A stretch of DNA of 61,874 nucleotides, taken from the NCBI GenBank assembly GCA_030532485.1, contig JAUNLB010000001.1, positions 1 through 61,874 on the forward strand, read 5' to 3'. Below, piece by piece: positions 18,814 through 28,796 of the stretch; position 1 is the first letter of the stretch, and every line of letters starts with the position of its first letter. A program made the position numbers and the translations under genes. The stretch is from Pseudoclavibacter sp. GTDB taxonomy: Bacteria > Actinomycetota > Actinomycetes > Actinomycetales > Microbacteriaceae. Under the pieces are notes generated by a model that saw only the letters and a program-made list of their open reading frames with translations, ran no database searches and was not told where the DNA came from.

Positions 18814-20191
18814 CACCATCGAACGCGAGAAGGAGCGCCTCGCCGTGCCCGGCGCGAGCAGGCGCCCCTCCCAGGGGCTCCGCAACATGGAGCTCCTGCT
18901 GCTGGTGTTCGCGGTCGGCATCAGCTTCGGCGCCATGCTGCTCGTGCAGCTGGGGGTGCGCGGCGAGTTCGACTGGAACGTCGTGCGCATGGCGAGCGTC
19001 ATCCTCGGTCTCACGCTGCTCATCCACATCGTGCTGCGCTTCCGCGCCCCGCAGGCCGATCCGCTCATCCTGCCGGTCGCCGTGACCCTCAACGGCCTGG
19101 GCATCACCATGATCTACCGCCTGGACCTGGCAGACACCGAGCTGGAGGGGTTCTGGACCCCCTCCACGAGCCAGATGATCCTCACCGGCATGGGCATCCT
19201 CTCGGCCTGCGTGGTGCTCCTGCTGCTGCGCAACCACCGCGTGCTGCAGCGCTACACCTACGTATGCATGATCGTGGCGATCGGCCTGCTGCTGCTGCCG
19301 CTGATCCCCGGCCTGGGCGTGCGGGACGTCGCCGCCCGGGTGTGGATCCGGATCGCCGGCTTCTCCTTCCAGCCGGGCGAGATCGCGAAGATCGCGCTGG
19401 CGATCTTCTTCGCCGGCTATCTGGTGACGGCGCGGGAGACCCTCTCCGTGGTGGGCCGCACCTTCCTCGGCATCCGCTTCCCGCGGCTGCGGGACCTGGG
19501 CCCCGTGCTCATCGTGTGGACCGTGTGCATGGGCATCCTCGTGCTGCAGCGGGACATCGGCACCTCCTCCCTGTACTACGGGCTGTTCATCGTCATGATG
19601 TTCGTGGCCACCGGCCGGATCTCCTGGATCGTCATCGGCGGGGGCCTCGCGGTCGGCGGCGTGGTGATCCTGGCGAGCACCTGGGGCTACGTGCAGGGCC
19701 GCGTCTCGGGCTGGCTGGACGCCTTCGACCCGGAGGTCTACAACGGCGAGGGCGGCAGCTACCAGCTCGTGCAGGGCATCTTCGGCATGGCCGACGGCGG
19801 GCTCATCGGCCAGGGTCTCGGCCAGGGGCGGCCCGACATCACGCCCCTGGCCTCCAGCGACTTCATCGTCGCGGCGCTCGGCGAGGAGCTCGGGCTCTCC
19901 GGGGTGTTCTGCATCCTGCTGCTCTACCTGCTGCTCGTGGCCCGCGGCTTCCGCATCGGCCACGAGGGGCTCGACGACTTCGGTCGGCTGCTGGCCACCG
20001 GCCTGACCTTCGTGATCGCCATGCAGGTCTTCATCGTGGTCGGCGGAGTGACCCGGGTCATCCCGCTCACCGGTCTGACCACCCCCTTCCTCGCCTCGGG
20101 GGGCTCCAGCCTGCTGGCCAACTGGGTCATCGTGGCGATCCTGCTGCGGCTGAGCGACACCGTCCAGCGCTCCCCGGAGGTGAGGCGATGA
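18797..20191 (+). CDS. rodA: SEDS-family peptidoglycan glycosyltransferase RodA
   Basis: FQPGEIAK, QRDIGT, SDFI..EELG, PLTGLTTPFLASGGSSL. Confidence 0.93.
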   Translation: MSPSPSTIEREKERLAVPGASRRPSQGLRNMELLLLVFAVGISFGAMLLVQLGVRGEFDWNVVRMASVILGLTLLIHIVLRFRAPQADPLILPVAVTLNGLGITMIYRLDLADTELEGFWTPSTSQMILTGMGILSACVVLLLLRNHRVLQRYTYVCMIVAIGLLLLPLIPGLGVRDVAARVWIRIAGFSFQPGEIAKIALAIFFAGYLVTARETLSVVGRTFLGIRFPRLRDLGPVLIVWTVCMGILVLQRDIGTSSLYYGLFIVMMFVATGRISWIVIGGGLAVGGVVILASTWGYVQGRVSGWLDAFDPEVYNGEGGSYQLVQGIFGMADGGLIGQGLGQGRPDITPLASSDFIVAALGEELGLSGVFCILLLYLLLVARGFRIGHEGLDDFGRLLATGLTFVIAMQVFIVVGGVTRVIPLTGLTTPFLASGGSSLLANWVIVAILLRLSDTVQRSPEVRR

Positions 20192-21651
20192 GCCGCAACA
20201 TCCGCGCCCTCAGCGTCTTCGTGCTGTGCATGTTCCTCGCGCTGTTCGTGTCCACCACGACCATCCAGGTGTTCCAGCGGGAGAACCTGCAGGCGAACCC
20301 CTACAACTCCCGCTCCATCCTGGCCGGCTACGAGGTGCAGCGGGGCGCGATCCTGCTGCGGGACGGCACCGCGATCGCCCACAGCGTCCCGGTGGACAGC
20401 GAGTTCAAGTATCAGCGGGTCTACGCGGACGGCCCCCTGTACTCGGCCGTGACCGGCTACTACACCTACAGCAAGGGCAGCACCGGCATCGAGCAGGCCA
20501 TGAACCCCGAGCTGAGCGGCCGCAGCGACGCCCAGTTCCTCAGCGGCCTGGGCCAGCTGTTCACGGGCCAGGACCCGGCCGGCGCCTCGGTGCAGCTGAG
20601 CATCGACCCGGCGGTGCAGCGCGTCGCCTGGGACGCCCTGGGCGAGATGAAGGGCGCCGTGGTCGCGATGGACCCGGCCACCGGCGAGATCGCCGCCATG
20701 GTCTCCAAGCCGAGCTTCGACCCCTCCGCGCTCACCGGCCAGGACCAGGAGCAGGTGCTGGAGGTCTACAACGCCCTGCTCTCGGACCCCGAGCAGCCCC
20801 TGCAGAACCGCGCGATCGGCGGGGACATGAACCCGCCCGGCTCGGTGTTCAAGCTCGTCATCGCGGCCGCCGCGCTGGAGTACGGGGTGACCACCCCGGA
20901 CGGCCCCCTGCCGAACCCGCCGACCTTCACCCTGCCCGGCTCGACCGCCGTGGTGAACAACCCCGTGCACGGCGCGCCCTGCGGGGAGGGGGAGACCACG
21001 ACGCTGCGCCAGGCGATCCAGGACTCCTGCAACGTGCCCTTCGCCCAGCTGGCCATCACCCTCGGCGACACGCGGGTGCGGGAGATGGCCGAGAAGCTCG
21101 GCTTCAACCACGAGTTCTCGATCCCCACGACGGCGTCGGCCAGCAACTACCCCGAGGAGAGCCTGGACGACGCGCAGACCGCGCTCACCGGCTTCGGCCA
21201 GTTCGACGTGCGTGCGACGCCGCTGCAGATCTCCCTGGTCTCCAGCGCGATCGCGAACGGCGGCATCGTCATGAATCCGACGCTCGTGGACCAGGTGATC
21301 GCGGCGGACCTGCAGCAGCTGACCGGCGGCGACGGCTCCCAGTTCGGGCGCGCCTTCAGCGAGCAGACGGCGCGCGCCCTGCAGGAGATGATGGTCGGCT
21401 CGGTCTCCTCGGGCGTCGCGAGTAATGCGAGAATTGACGGCGTCGACGTGGCCGGCAAGACGGGCACGGCCGAGAACGGCGAGGACGAACCGTACTCGCT
21501 GTGGTTCACGGGGTTCATCGCCTCCGGCGATCGGCACCTCGTGGTCACGGTCGTGCTGGAGGACGGCGGCGGAGAGGGGCAATCGGGCACCGGGAACGGT
21601 CTGGCGGCCACGATTGCGCAGCAAGTGATGAAGGCGGTGCTTGACCAATGA
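20188..21651 (+). CDS. pbpA: Class B penicillin-binding protein A
   Basis: SVFK, SCN and KTGT transpeptidase motifs; N-terminal TM. Confidence 0.93.
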   Translation: MSRNIRALSVFVLCMFLALFVSTTTIQVFQRENLQANPYNSRSILAGYEVQRGAILLRDGTAIAHSVPVDSEFKYQRVYADGPLYSAVTGYYTYSKGSTGIEQAMNPELSGRSDAQFLSGLGQLFTGQDPAGASVQLSIDPAVQRVAWDALGEMKGAVVAMDPATGEIAAMVSKPSFDPSALTGQDQEQVLEVYNALLSDPEQPLQNRAIGGDMNPPGSVFKLVIAAAALEYGVTTPDGPLPNPPTFTLPGSTAVVNNPVHGAPCGEGETTTLRQAIQDSCNVPFAQLAITLGDTRVREMAEKLGFNHEFSIPTTASASNYPEESLDDAQTALTGFGQFDVRATPLQISLVSSAIANGGIVMNPTLVDQVIAADLQQLTGGDGSQFGRAFSEQTARALQEMMVGSVSSGVASNARIDGVDVAGKTGTAENGEDEPYSLWFTGFIASGDRHLVVTVVLEDGGGEGQSGTGNGLAATIAQQVMKAVLDQ

Positions 21652-23264
21652 GGCCAGCTCCTGGCGTGTCTTTCGAGGACCGGTACAAGCTCATCTCGCG
21701 CATCGCCATCGGCGGTATGGGCGAGGTGTGGGAGGCCACCGATCAGGTGATCGGGCGAACGGTCGCGCTCAAGATCCTCAAGGACGAGTACATGGGCGAC
21801 CCCAGCTTCCTGGATCGCTTCCGCGCCGAGGCCCGGCACGCGGCGCTCGTCAACCACGAGGGCATCGCGAACGTCTACGACTACGGCGAGGAGAACGGCT
21901 CGGCCTACCTGGTCATGGAGCTCGTGCCCGGCGAGGCGCTGTCGAACATCCTGGAGCGCGAACGCGTGCTGCCCGCCCCCCAGGTCATGGACATCGTCGC
22001 CCAGACCGCGGCGGCGCTCCAGGCGGCCCACAACGCGGGGCTCGTGCACCGCGACATCAAGCCGGGCAATCTGCTCATCACGCCCGACGGCCGGGTGAAG
22101 ATCACCGACTTCGGCATCGCGCGCATCGCGGACCAGGTGCCGCTCACCGCGACCGGGCAGGTCATGGGCACGGTGCAGTACCTCTCGCCCGAGCAGGCCT
22201 CCGGGCATCCCGCCTCGCCCTCGACCGACGTCTACTCGCTCGGCATCGTCGCCTACGAGTGCCTGGCCGGCCGCAGGCCGTTCACCGGGGAGTCCCAGGT
22301 CGCCATCGCCATGGCGCACATCAACGACGAGCCGCCGCCGCTGCCGGTGACGGTCCCCGAGCCGGTGCGCAACCTCGTCATGTCCTCGCTGGAGAAGGAC
22401 CCCGAGGACCGGCCCCGGACCAGCGAGGCCTTCGGCCGCGCCGCCCGCGCCCTGCGGATGGGGGACGTGGCCAAGGCGGCCCGCTACGTGCCCGCCGTGC
22501 TCGGGCCCGAGGGCGAGGAGGAGACGGCGACCGCGGCCGTCGACCGCACCCAGGCGGTCGACGAGGCCCGCACCACGGTCTTCGCCTCCCCGCCCGCGAA
22601 CGCGGCGGGCGTGGTGCCCACCACGACCGAGGCCTTCGACACGCTCATCACGGGCGAGACCCCGGCGCAGCTGCAGGCCGGGGCGCCGGAGGGGGAGCGC
22701 GCCGAGGAGCCCGGCCGCAGGCCCGCCTGGATGTGGCTGCTCATCGTCGCGATCGTGCTGTTCGCGCTGGCCCTGGCGTGGTTCGCCTGGGCGCTCGTCG
22801 GGAACCGCCCGGACGCCGGCCCCACCGCGAGCCCGAGCGCGAGCAGCACGACCGCCTCCCCCGCCGCCTCCACGCCCACGCCCACCTCCACGACCGTCAA
22901 CGTGCGCCGGGACGAGTACCTGGGGCTGGACTACGAGGAGGCCGCCCAGAAGCTGCGCGCCCTCGGCCTGATCCCGCAGCGGCAGGAGGGGGCGCCCACG
23001 AACGAGCCCAACAGGGTCGGGAAGGTCTCGGAGATTAACCCCTCCGGGAACATCCCGATGGGCAGCACGGTCACGCTCACGGTCTACACGGCCCCGCAGC
23101 CGTCGAACACCCCCCAGCCCACCAACGACAACCCCCAGCCGCCACCCGAGCCCTCCAATCCCCCACCCTCTAATCCCCTGCCCACCAACACTCCCCAGCC
23201 CACCGGCGGAGCCGGCGGCAACGGCGAGGAGGGGACCGAGAACGAGGGCGCCAGGGAGGAGTAG
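21648..23264 (+). CDS. pknA: Ser/Thr protein kinase PknA (TM, one PASTA-like domain, Pro-rich tail)
   Basis: [23 protein letters not shown]; position upstream of pknB. Confidence 0.92.
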   Translation: MRPAPGVSFEDRYKLISRIAIGGMGEVWEATDQVIGRTVALKILKDEYMGDPSFLDRFRAEARHAALVNHEGIANVYDYGEENGSAYLVMELVPGEALSNILERERVLPAPQVMDIVAQTAAALQAAHNAGLVHRDIKPGNLLITPDGRVKITDFGIARIADQVPLTATGQVMGTVQYLSPEQASGHPASPSTDVYSLGIVAYECLAGRRPFTGESQVAIAMAHINDEPPPLPVTVPEPVRNLVMSSLEKDPEDRPRTSEAFGRAARALRMGDVAKAARYVPAVLGPEGEEETATAAVDRTQAVDEARTTVFASPPANAAGVVPTTTEAFDTLITGETPAQLQAGAPEGERAEEPGRRPAWMWLLIVAIVLFALALAWFAWALVGNRPDAGPTASPSASSTTASPAASTPTPTSTTVNVRRDEYLGLDYEEAAQKLRALGLIPQRQEGAPTNEPNRVGKVSEINPSGNIPMGSTVTLTVYTAPQPSNTPQPTNDNPQPPPEPSNPPPSNPLPTNTPQPTGGAGGNGEEGTENEGAREE

Positions 23265-23354
23265 TCCCCCGCGCGGCGCGCATCGACCGCTGGGTATCAT
23301 CGAGAAGCCGACGACCGCACCCGGACCGACGTCGGAGCTAAGGAGTCCATCACC

Positions 23355-25115
23355 GTGATCCAGGGGGAGCGCACGCTCGCCGGCCGCTACGAGATCGGCC
23401 GACGCATCGGCCGTGGCGGCATGGCCGAGGTCTACCTGGGCACGGACGAGCGCCTGCGCCGCCGCGTCGCCGTGAAGCTGCTCAACACCTCGCTCGCCGG
23501 CGAGCCGGACTTCCGCTCCCGCTTCCGCCGGGAGGCCCAGGCGGCGGCGCGCATGACCCATCCGACCATCGTGCGCGTCTTCGACGCCGGCGAGGACACC
23601 TTCGTCCGCGCCGACGGCCACGAGCTGATCGTGCCCTACATCGTCATGGAGCACATCGAGGGCCGCCAGCTGCGGGACGTCATGATGGACGCGCCCCTGC
23701 CCCTGGACAAGGTGCAGCACTACATGTCCGGGCTCCTGACGGCGCTGGAGTACTCGCACCGGGCCGGGGTCGTGCACCGCGACATCAAGCCGGGCAACGT
23801 CATGATCACCCCCGACGACTCGGTCAAGGTGATGGACTTCGGCATCGCCCGAGCGATCTCCGACACGGCCGGCACGATCGCCCAGACCACCGCCATCCTC
23901 GGCACCGCCTCCTACTTCTCCCCCGAGCAGGCCCGCGGCGAGCAGGTGGACGGCCGCAGCGACCTCTACTCGGCGGGCATCGTGCTGTACGAGATGCTCA
24001 CCGGCCGGGTGCCCTTCCAGGGCGACTCCGCCGTCGCGGTCGCCTATCAGCACGTCACCGAGCGGCCCATCGATCCGGACCAGATCAATCCCTCGATCTC
24101 CCCCGCCATGAGCGCGGTGGTCATGCGCGCCCTCGCCAAGAACCGCGAGGACCGCTTCCAGTCCGCCTCCGAGTTCCGCCGGGATCTGGAGCTCGCGGTG
24201 CAGGGGATCATGCCGACCTTCGCCGCGAACGCGGACGAGACGGACGACACGCAGCTCTTCGGCGCGGCCCCCACGGCGGTCGGGCAGACCGAGTCCGCCT
24301 TCGCGGCCCTCGCCGAGAGGGACGACCGGGCGCCGCAGGTGCAGCGCCGACCGCCGGCCATGTGGATCTGGAGCGCCGCGGTGCTCATGCTCGTCGTGAT
24401 CGTGGCGGTCGTCATCTGGGTCGTCTCGCTCGGCGGCGGCGACGGGGTGGAGGCCAACTCCACCCAGGTGCCCGACGTCGTCGGCAAGACCTGGGAGGAC
24501 GCCAGCCGCGAGCTGTTCCAGGCCGAGCTGGATCCGCGCCAGGAGACCCAGCCCAGCGAGAGCATCCCGGCCGGCGAGGTGATCAGCACGACCCCCGTCG
24601 CGGGTCTCACGGTCACCAAGGGCCAGATCGTCACGGTCGTCGTCTCCTCGGGACCCTCCGCGATCCCCCTGCCCGATCTGACGGGCATGACCCAGGAGCA
24701 GGCCACCGCGGCCCTGGAGGCGGCCGGGCTCCGCCTGGGCGTGGTGACGACCGAGAACTCCGGGACGGCGCCCGCGGACACCGTCATCCGCACCAACCCG
24801 GCGAAGGGCTCGGGGGTGGCCCCAGACTCGGCCATCGACCTGGTGATCTCCACGGGCAAGGTGGTCCTGCCGGATCTGCGGGGCGAGTCGCTCGACGAGG
24901 CGAACCGGACGCTGAACCAGCTGGGCCTGCTGGTGGTCGTCGAGGTCGACGACCAGTGCCCGGCCAAGGAGGGCAACCCGGTCGAGGAGATGTCCGTCTC
25001 GCCCGGCCTGGTGGAGCAGCACACCCCGGTGACGATCCGCTACTGCGCGGGCCAGCCGGAGCCCACGGCGACCCCGACCCAGACCCCGCAGCCCACGCCC
25101 ACCCAGACCGCCTGA
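23355..25115 (+). CDS. pknB: PASTA-domain Ser/Thr kinase PknB
   Basis: Kinase motifs, TM, three PASTA repeats (VPDVVG, LPDLTG, LPDLRG). Confidence 0.94.
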   Translation: MIQGERTLAGRYEIGRRIGRGGMAEVYLGTDERLRRRVAVKLLNTSLAGEPDFRSRFRREAQAAARMTHPTIVRVFDAGEDTFVRADGHELIVPYIVMEHIEGRQLRDVMMDAPLPLDKVQHYMSGLLTALEYSHRAGVVHRDIKPGNVMITPDDSVKVMDFGIARAISDTAGTIAQTTAILGTASYFSPEQARGEQVDGRSDLYSAGIVLYEMLTGRVPFQGDSAVAVAYQHVTERPIDPDQINPSISPAMSAVVMRALAKNREDRFQSASEFRRDLELAVQGIMPTFAANADETDDTQLFGAAPTAVGQTESAFAALAERDDRAPQVQRRPPAMWIWSAAVLMLVVIVAVVIWVVSLGGGDGVEANSTQVPDVVGKTWEDASRELFQAELDPRQETQPSESIPAGEVISTTPVAGLTVTKGQIVTVVVSSGPSAIPLPDLTGMTQEQATAALEAAGLRLGVVTTENSGTAPADTVIRTNPAKGSGVAPDSAIDLVISTGKVVLPDLRGESLDEANRTLNQLGLLVVVEVDDQCPAKEGNPVEEMSVSPGLVEQHTPVTIRYCAGQPEPTATPTQTPQPTPTQTA

Positions 25116-25311
25116 CCTCGGTCGGACGTTCGGCGCCAAAGGCCAGCCGCCGGACCGGGCCGCGTGGAAGACTCCGAGGCCGCCCCCGGGACCCCCGCAC
25201 CGCCCGCTCCCAACGCCACGCGGAAGCCCGCGAAGAAACGGCGTCGAGCGGCCCGGGAAGACGGGGCGCCCCACGCCGGCGGGCGGATTCCGCTCTTCGG
25301 GCGGGCTCCGC

Positions 25312-25500
25312 TCAGTCGAGCGCGGTGTGCGAGAGGCCCGCGCCGACCGTGACGTCCTGCACGTTCGACTCCAGGATGGAGTCGAACCACGGGAAGACGT
25401 AGAACACGAGGGCGTAGAGCAGGGCGGCCAGGAGCACGAGGCTGATGAGCGCCTTCACCGGCCAGGGGCCCGGCATCGCCCGCCACAGGGCTGCATACAT
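25312..25500 (-). CDS. Small conserved membrane protein
   Basis: MYAALWRAMPGPWPVK...FYVFPW, the small protein that typically follows the class E sortase; RBS present. Confidence 0.8.
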   Translation of the reverse strand: MYAALWRAMPGPWPVKALISLVLLAALLYALVFYVFPWFDSILESNVQDVTVGAGLSHTALD

Positions 25501-25542
25501 TCGGGGAGTCTCCTCTTCGTCTCGTCCGGTCCTCGCCGGGGC

Positions 25543-26379
25543 TCAGCCGGCCGCGCCGGCCAGGGCCGGCGGGGGGCCGTCGGCCGCGGGCCGGAAGCTG
25601 TCGAACACGGCGTAGGCGATGATCCGCTCCTCCGTCGACCAGAACGGGTTGCAGCTGGTGAGCGTCAGGATCCGGTCGCTGCCCAGTCCCTCGGGCACGC
25701 GGGGCACCGAGTTGAGGACGTCCACCTGGGAGGGCTGCACGTACTCGCCGGAGCGGTAGACGTAGGTGTAGTACCCCTCCTTGGTCTGCACGATGATCTC
25801 GTCGCCCACCCGCAGCTCGTGGATGTGCTGCATGGAGGCGCCGTAGGCGAGCCGGTGCCCGGCGATCGCGAAGTTCCCGACCGCCCCGGGCATGGGCGAG
25901 TCCTCGTAGTGGCCCACGTGCGTGTTGAGCACCTCGTGGTAGCCCGTGCCGTGCGCGATGGGCCGGCTGTAGTCGGCGCCCCAGGCCGGCACGTACAGCA
26001 CCGCGAACTCCTCGCGGGTCTCGGTCGGGGCGGCGCCCACGGGGATGCCCAGCTGCGGGTCGTAGCTGGGCTCCGGCGCCCCGGCCTCGCCCTGCTTCTC
26101 GCCGAGCTGCTGGGCCAGCGAGGCGCCGGCCTGGTTCTGCTCGCTGCCGGCGATGCGGTCGTTGAGCCAGTACTTCCAACCGACGAAGAGCATCATGACC
26201 ACCCCGAGGGTCATGAGCACCTCGCCGATCACGCCGATCACGGACAGGCGCCGCCGGGGAGGGGCGGCGGCCGCGGCGGCCGGGGCCGCGCGGCGACCGG
26301 CGGCTCGCTGCGCCGGTTCGTCGTCGATGTCGAGGCCCAGCAGCACACGCGGGTCCTCGTCGTCACGGAGGGAAGCCAT
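25543..26379 (-). CDS. Class E sortase
   Basis: GNFAIAGHR, LTLTSCNP, ERII; N-terminal TM. Start set at the leaderless ATG 7 nt after TACAAT. Confidence 0.9.
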   Translation of the reverse strand: MASLRDDEDPRVLLGLDIDDEPAQRAAGRRAAPAAAAAAPPRRRLSVIGVIGEVLMTLGVVMMLFVGWKYWLNDRIAGSEQNQAGASLAQQLGEKQGEAGAPEPSYDPQLGIPVGAAPTETREEFAVLYVPAWGADYSRPIAHGTGYHEVLNTHVGHYEDSPMPGAVGNFAIAGHRLAYGASMQHIHELRVGDEIIVQTKEGYYTYVYRSGEYVQPSQVDVLNSVPRVPEGLGSDRILTLTSCNPFWSTEERIIAYAVFDSFRPAADGPPPALAGAAG

Positions 26380-26410
26380 GACCGCCATTGTAGATACAAT
26401 GGCGCCCATG
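26377..26410. promoter_or_regulatory. Symmetric bidirectional leaderless promoter (sortase / crgA)
   Basis: CGCCATTGTA-GA-TACAATGGCG palindrome; each strand reads TACAAT-N7-ATG. Confidence 0.75.
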
Positions 26411-27010
26411 CCTTCTGACAAGCTGCCCGCCTCCTCCCGCGACCGGGACGAGGAGTTCGACGAGGACCTGCTCGACGACGAGGACGAGGGGTTCGTGCTC
26501 GACGAGGACGGGGAGGACGGGCTCGACGGCGAGGAGCTCGAGGGGGCGGAGCACGACGAGGAGGAGTCCGAGGACCAAGCCGCCGCCTCGGCGGCACGCG
26601 GCTCCCGCACGCGCAGCGAGGCCGAGCGCAAGGCCGAACGGCGCGAGGAGGCCCGCAAGCGCGGCCGCGAGGAGCGGGCCAAGAAGAAGGGCGCGGCGAA
26701 CGCCAAGCAGTCGGCCGCCAAGAAGAAGGCGAAGACTCCCGCGGGCTCGAAGAAGAACCGCTCCTCCCAGGCCTCGGCGGCGGCGAACGCCGCGGCGGCC
26801 GCGAGCAAGCGCCGGGTCCGCGGCACCGACGAGAACCCCGTATGGTTCAAGCCGGTCATGTTCGGCTTCATCCTGATCGGCCTGCTGTGGATCCTGGTCT
26901 ACTACCTCTCCAGCGCACGACTGCCCATCCCGGAGCTGGGCGATTGGAACATCATGGTCGGCTTCGGCATCGCCTTCGTCGGCTTCCTCATGACCACGAA
27001 CTGGAAATGA
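26408..27010 (+). CDS. crgA: Cell division protein CrgA with long charged N-terminal extension
   Basis: C-terminal NPVWFKPVMFGFILIGLLWILVYY...LGDWNIMVGFG...MTTNWK. Confidence 0.9.
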   Translation: MPSDKLPASSRDRDEEFDEDLLDDEDEGFVLDEDGEDGLDGEELEGAEHDEEESEDQAAASAARGSRTRSEAERKAERREEARKRGREERAKKKGAANAKQSAAKKKAKTPAGSKKNRSSQASAAANAAAAASKRRVRGTDENPVWFKPVMFGFILIGLLWILVYYLSSARLPIPELGDWNIMVGFGIAFVGFLMTTNWK

Positions 27011-27058
27011 CCGCACCGGGCGCAATCGGCGCCCGGCGGCCGAATGACACGGGTGTGA

Positions 27059-27102
27059 TTCTCCACATGTGGAGGGGCCCTGTGGAGAACGACTGTGGAA
27101 CG
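27059..27102. promoter_or_regulatory. Cluster of four DnaA boxes downstream of crgA
   Basis: TTCTCCACA 27059, TGTGGAGGG 27068, TGTGGAGAA 27081, TGTGGAACG 27094; same variant as in oriC. Confidence 0.75.
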
Positions 27103-27146
27103 ATCCCGCCGGGACGCTCCGGTCCGGGGATCCGCCCGCTCCGTGC

Positions 27147-28010
27147 TCAGCGCAGGCCGAAGAACACGGCGGCCCCCGCCACGAGCGCGCCCAGCGCGAG
27201 CGTCAGCCAGGCGAAGGCCCCGAAGCCGCCCGGTCGGGCCAGATCCCGGTGCATGAGCGCCCCGCAGGCCGCTCCCGTGAGCAGGCCGCCCACGTGGGCC
27301 TGCCAGGAGATCCCCGGCAGCAGGAACCCGGCCGCGAGGTTCAGGCCGATGAGGATCACGAGCGTCCGGGTGTCCATGCGGGCCCGGCGCATGACCGTGA
27401 AGTAGGCGCCCATCAGGCCGAACACCCCGCCGGAGGCGCCCACGACGGAGACCCCCGGGCTCAGCAGCAGCACCGCGAGGGAGGATCCGAGCACCGAGAC
27501 GATCCACACCGCCAGCAGGCGCCGCGGGCCGTAGACCTCCTCCAGCGCCCGGCCGAAGATCCACAGCGTCAGCATGTTGAACAACAGGTGCAGGAAGCCG
27601 CCGTGCACGAGGCTCACGGTCAGCATGCGCCACGGTTGGAAGCCCGGTGCGTCGGCGCCCTCCAGGAAGCGGGAGTTGAACAGCAAAAGGCCCGCGACCG
27701 GATCCCGACCGGAGAAGACCAGACCGAGCAGGAGCTGCGCGAGGAACACCGCGACCGTCAGGGCGATGATCCCGTAGCTCACGGGCGCCGAGGAGATCGC
27801 CGCGCGGCGCAGCGCGCCGGCCCGGCGGACGCGGGCCGGCGCGGCCGCGCGCAGGCACTCGGGACAGATCACGCCCACGGGCGCAGGGGTCTGGCAGGCC
27901 GGGCACACGGTGCGCGCACAGCGCTGGCACAGCACGAAGCTCTGACGTTCGGGGTGCCGGTAGCAGCCCTCCCCGCCGGACCGCCCGGACGGTCCGGGCC
28001 GCTGCATCAT
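27147..28010 (-). CDS. Rhomboid intramembrane serine protease with N-terminal Zn-finger
   Basis: CYRHP...CQRC..CPAC..CPEC; HLLFNM, GASG, WQAHVGG. Confidence 0.92.
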   Translation of the reverse strand: MMQRPGPSGRSGGEGCYRHPERQSFVLCQRCARTVCPACQTPAPVGVICPECLRAAAPARVRRAGALRRAAISSAPVSYGIIALTVAVFLAQLLLGLVFSGRDPVAGLLLFNSRFLEGADAPGFQPWRMLTVSLVHGGFLHLLFNMLTLWIFGRALEEVYGPRRLLAVWIVSVLGSSLAVLLLSPGVSVVGASGGVFGLMGAYFTVMRRARMDTRTLVILIGLNLAAGFLLPGISWQAHVGGLLTGAACGALMHRDLARPGGFGAFAWLTLALGALVAGAAVFFGLR

Positions 28011-28029
28011 CTCCGTGTCGTCGCCCCGA

Positions 28030-28572
28030 TCAGGCGACCGGCTCGACGGTGAAGGACTCGATCACGACGTCCTCGACCGGACGGTCGCCGGGCCCGGTCG
28101 CGACCCGCCCGATCCGGTCCACCACCTCGCGCGAGGCGGGGTCCACGACGCGGCCGAAAATCGTGTGCTTCCCCTGCAGCCAGGTGGTCGGCGCGGTCGT
28201 GATGAAGAACTGGGAGCCGTTCGTGCCCCGCCCGCCCTGCAGGCCCGCGTTCGCCATGGCGAGCACATAGGGCTCGGTGAAGTCGAGCTCGGGGTGGATC
28301 TCGTCGTCGAAGCGGAAGCCCGGACCCCCCGTGCCGGTCCCCGTCCGGTCCCCGCCCTGGATCATGAAGTCCGGGATGATGCGGTGGAACACGACGCCGG
28401 CGTAGAAGGGCTCCTGCTTGCGGGCCCCGTCGACGGGATCCGTGAACTCCAGCTCCCCGTTCGCCAGGCCCGAGATGGTCTTGACAGTCTTGGGGGCGTG
28501 GTGTCCGTAGAGCTCGGCGACGATGGGGCCGTGGTTGGTCTGGATCTTCGCGATGGCGGTGGGGGTGGGCAT
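28030..28572 (-). CDS. ppiA: Cyclophilin-type peptidyl-prolyl isomerase
   Basis: FHRIIPDFMIQGGD, AMANAG, NGSQFFIT, KHTIFG. Confidence 0.94.
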   Translation of the reverse strand: MPTPTAIAKIQTNHGPIVAELYGHHAPKTVKTISGLANGELEFTDPVDGARKQEPFYAGVVFHRIIPDFMIQGGDRTGTGTGGPGFRFDDEIHPELDFTEPYVLAMANAGLQGGRGTNGSQFFITTAPTTWLQGKHTIFGRVVDPASREVVDRIGRVATGPGDRPVEDVVIESFTVEPVA

Positions 28573-28796
28573 GCGGCCGATTCTCCCACAGTCGCGTCCC
28601 TCGCCGCCGGATCGCGGCCTCCGCGGCGTCCGCCGGCAGCGAATCCGCCTCCGCGACCCGGCGGTGGCGCGGTGATCGAGGCCCGTTGCCCGGAAAGCGC
28701 GAATCCCGCGCATGCGACGCGGCGGTATCTCAGGCGCACGGGGGGCGGCACGTGCCAAGATGGGGGACGATCCCACGCTCATCCGGAGGCACATCC

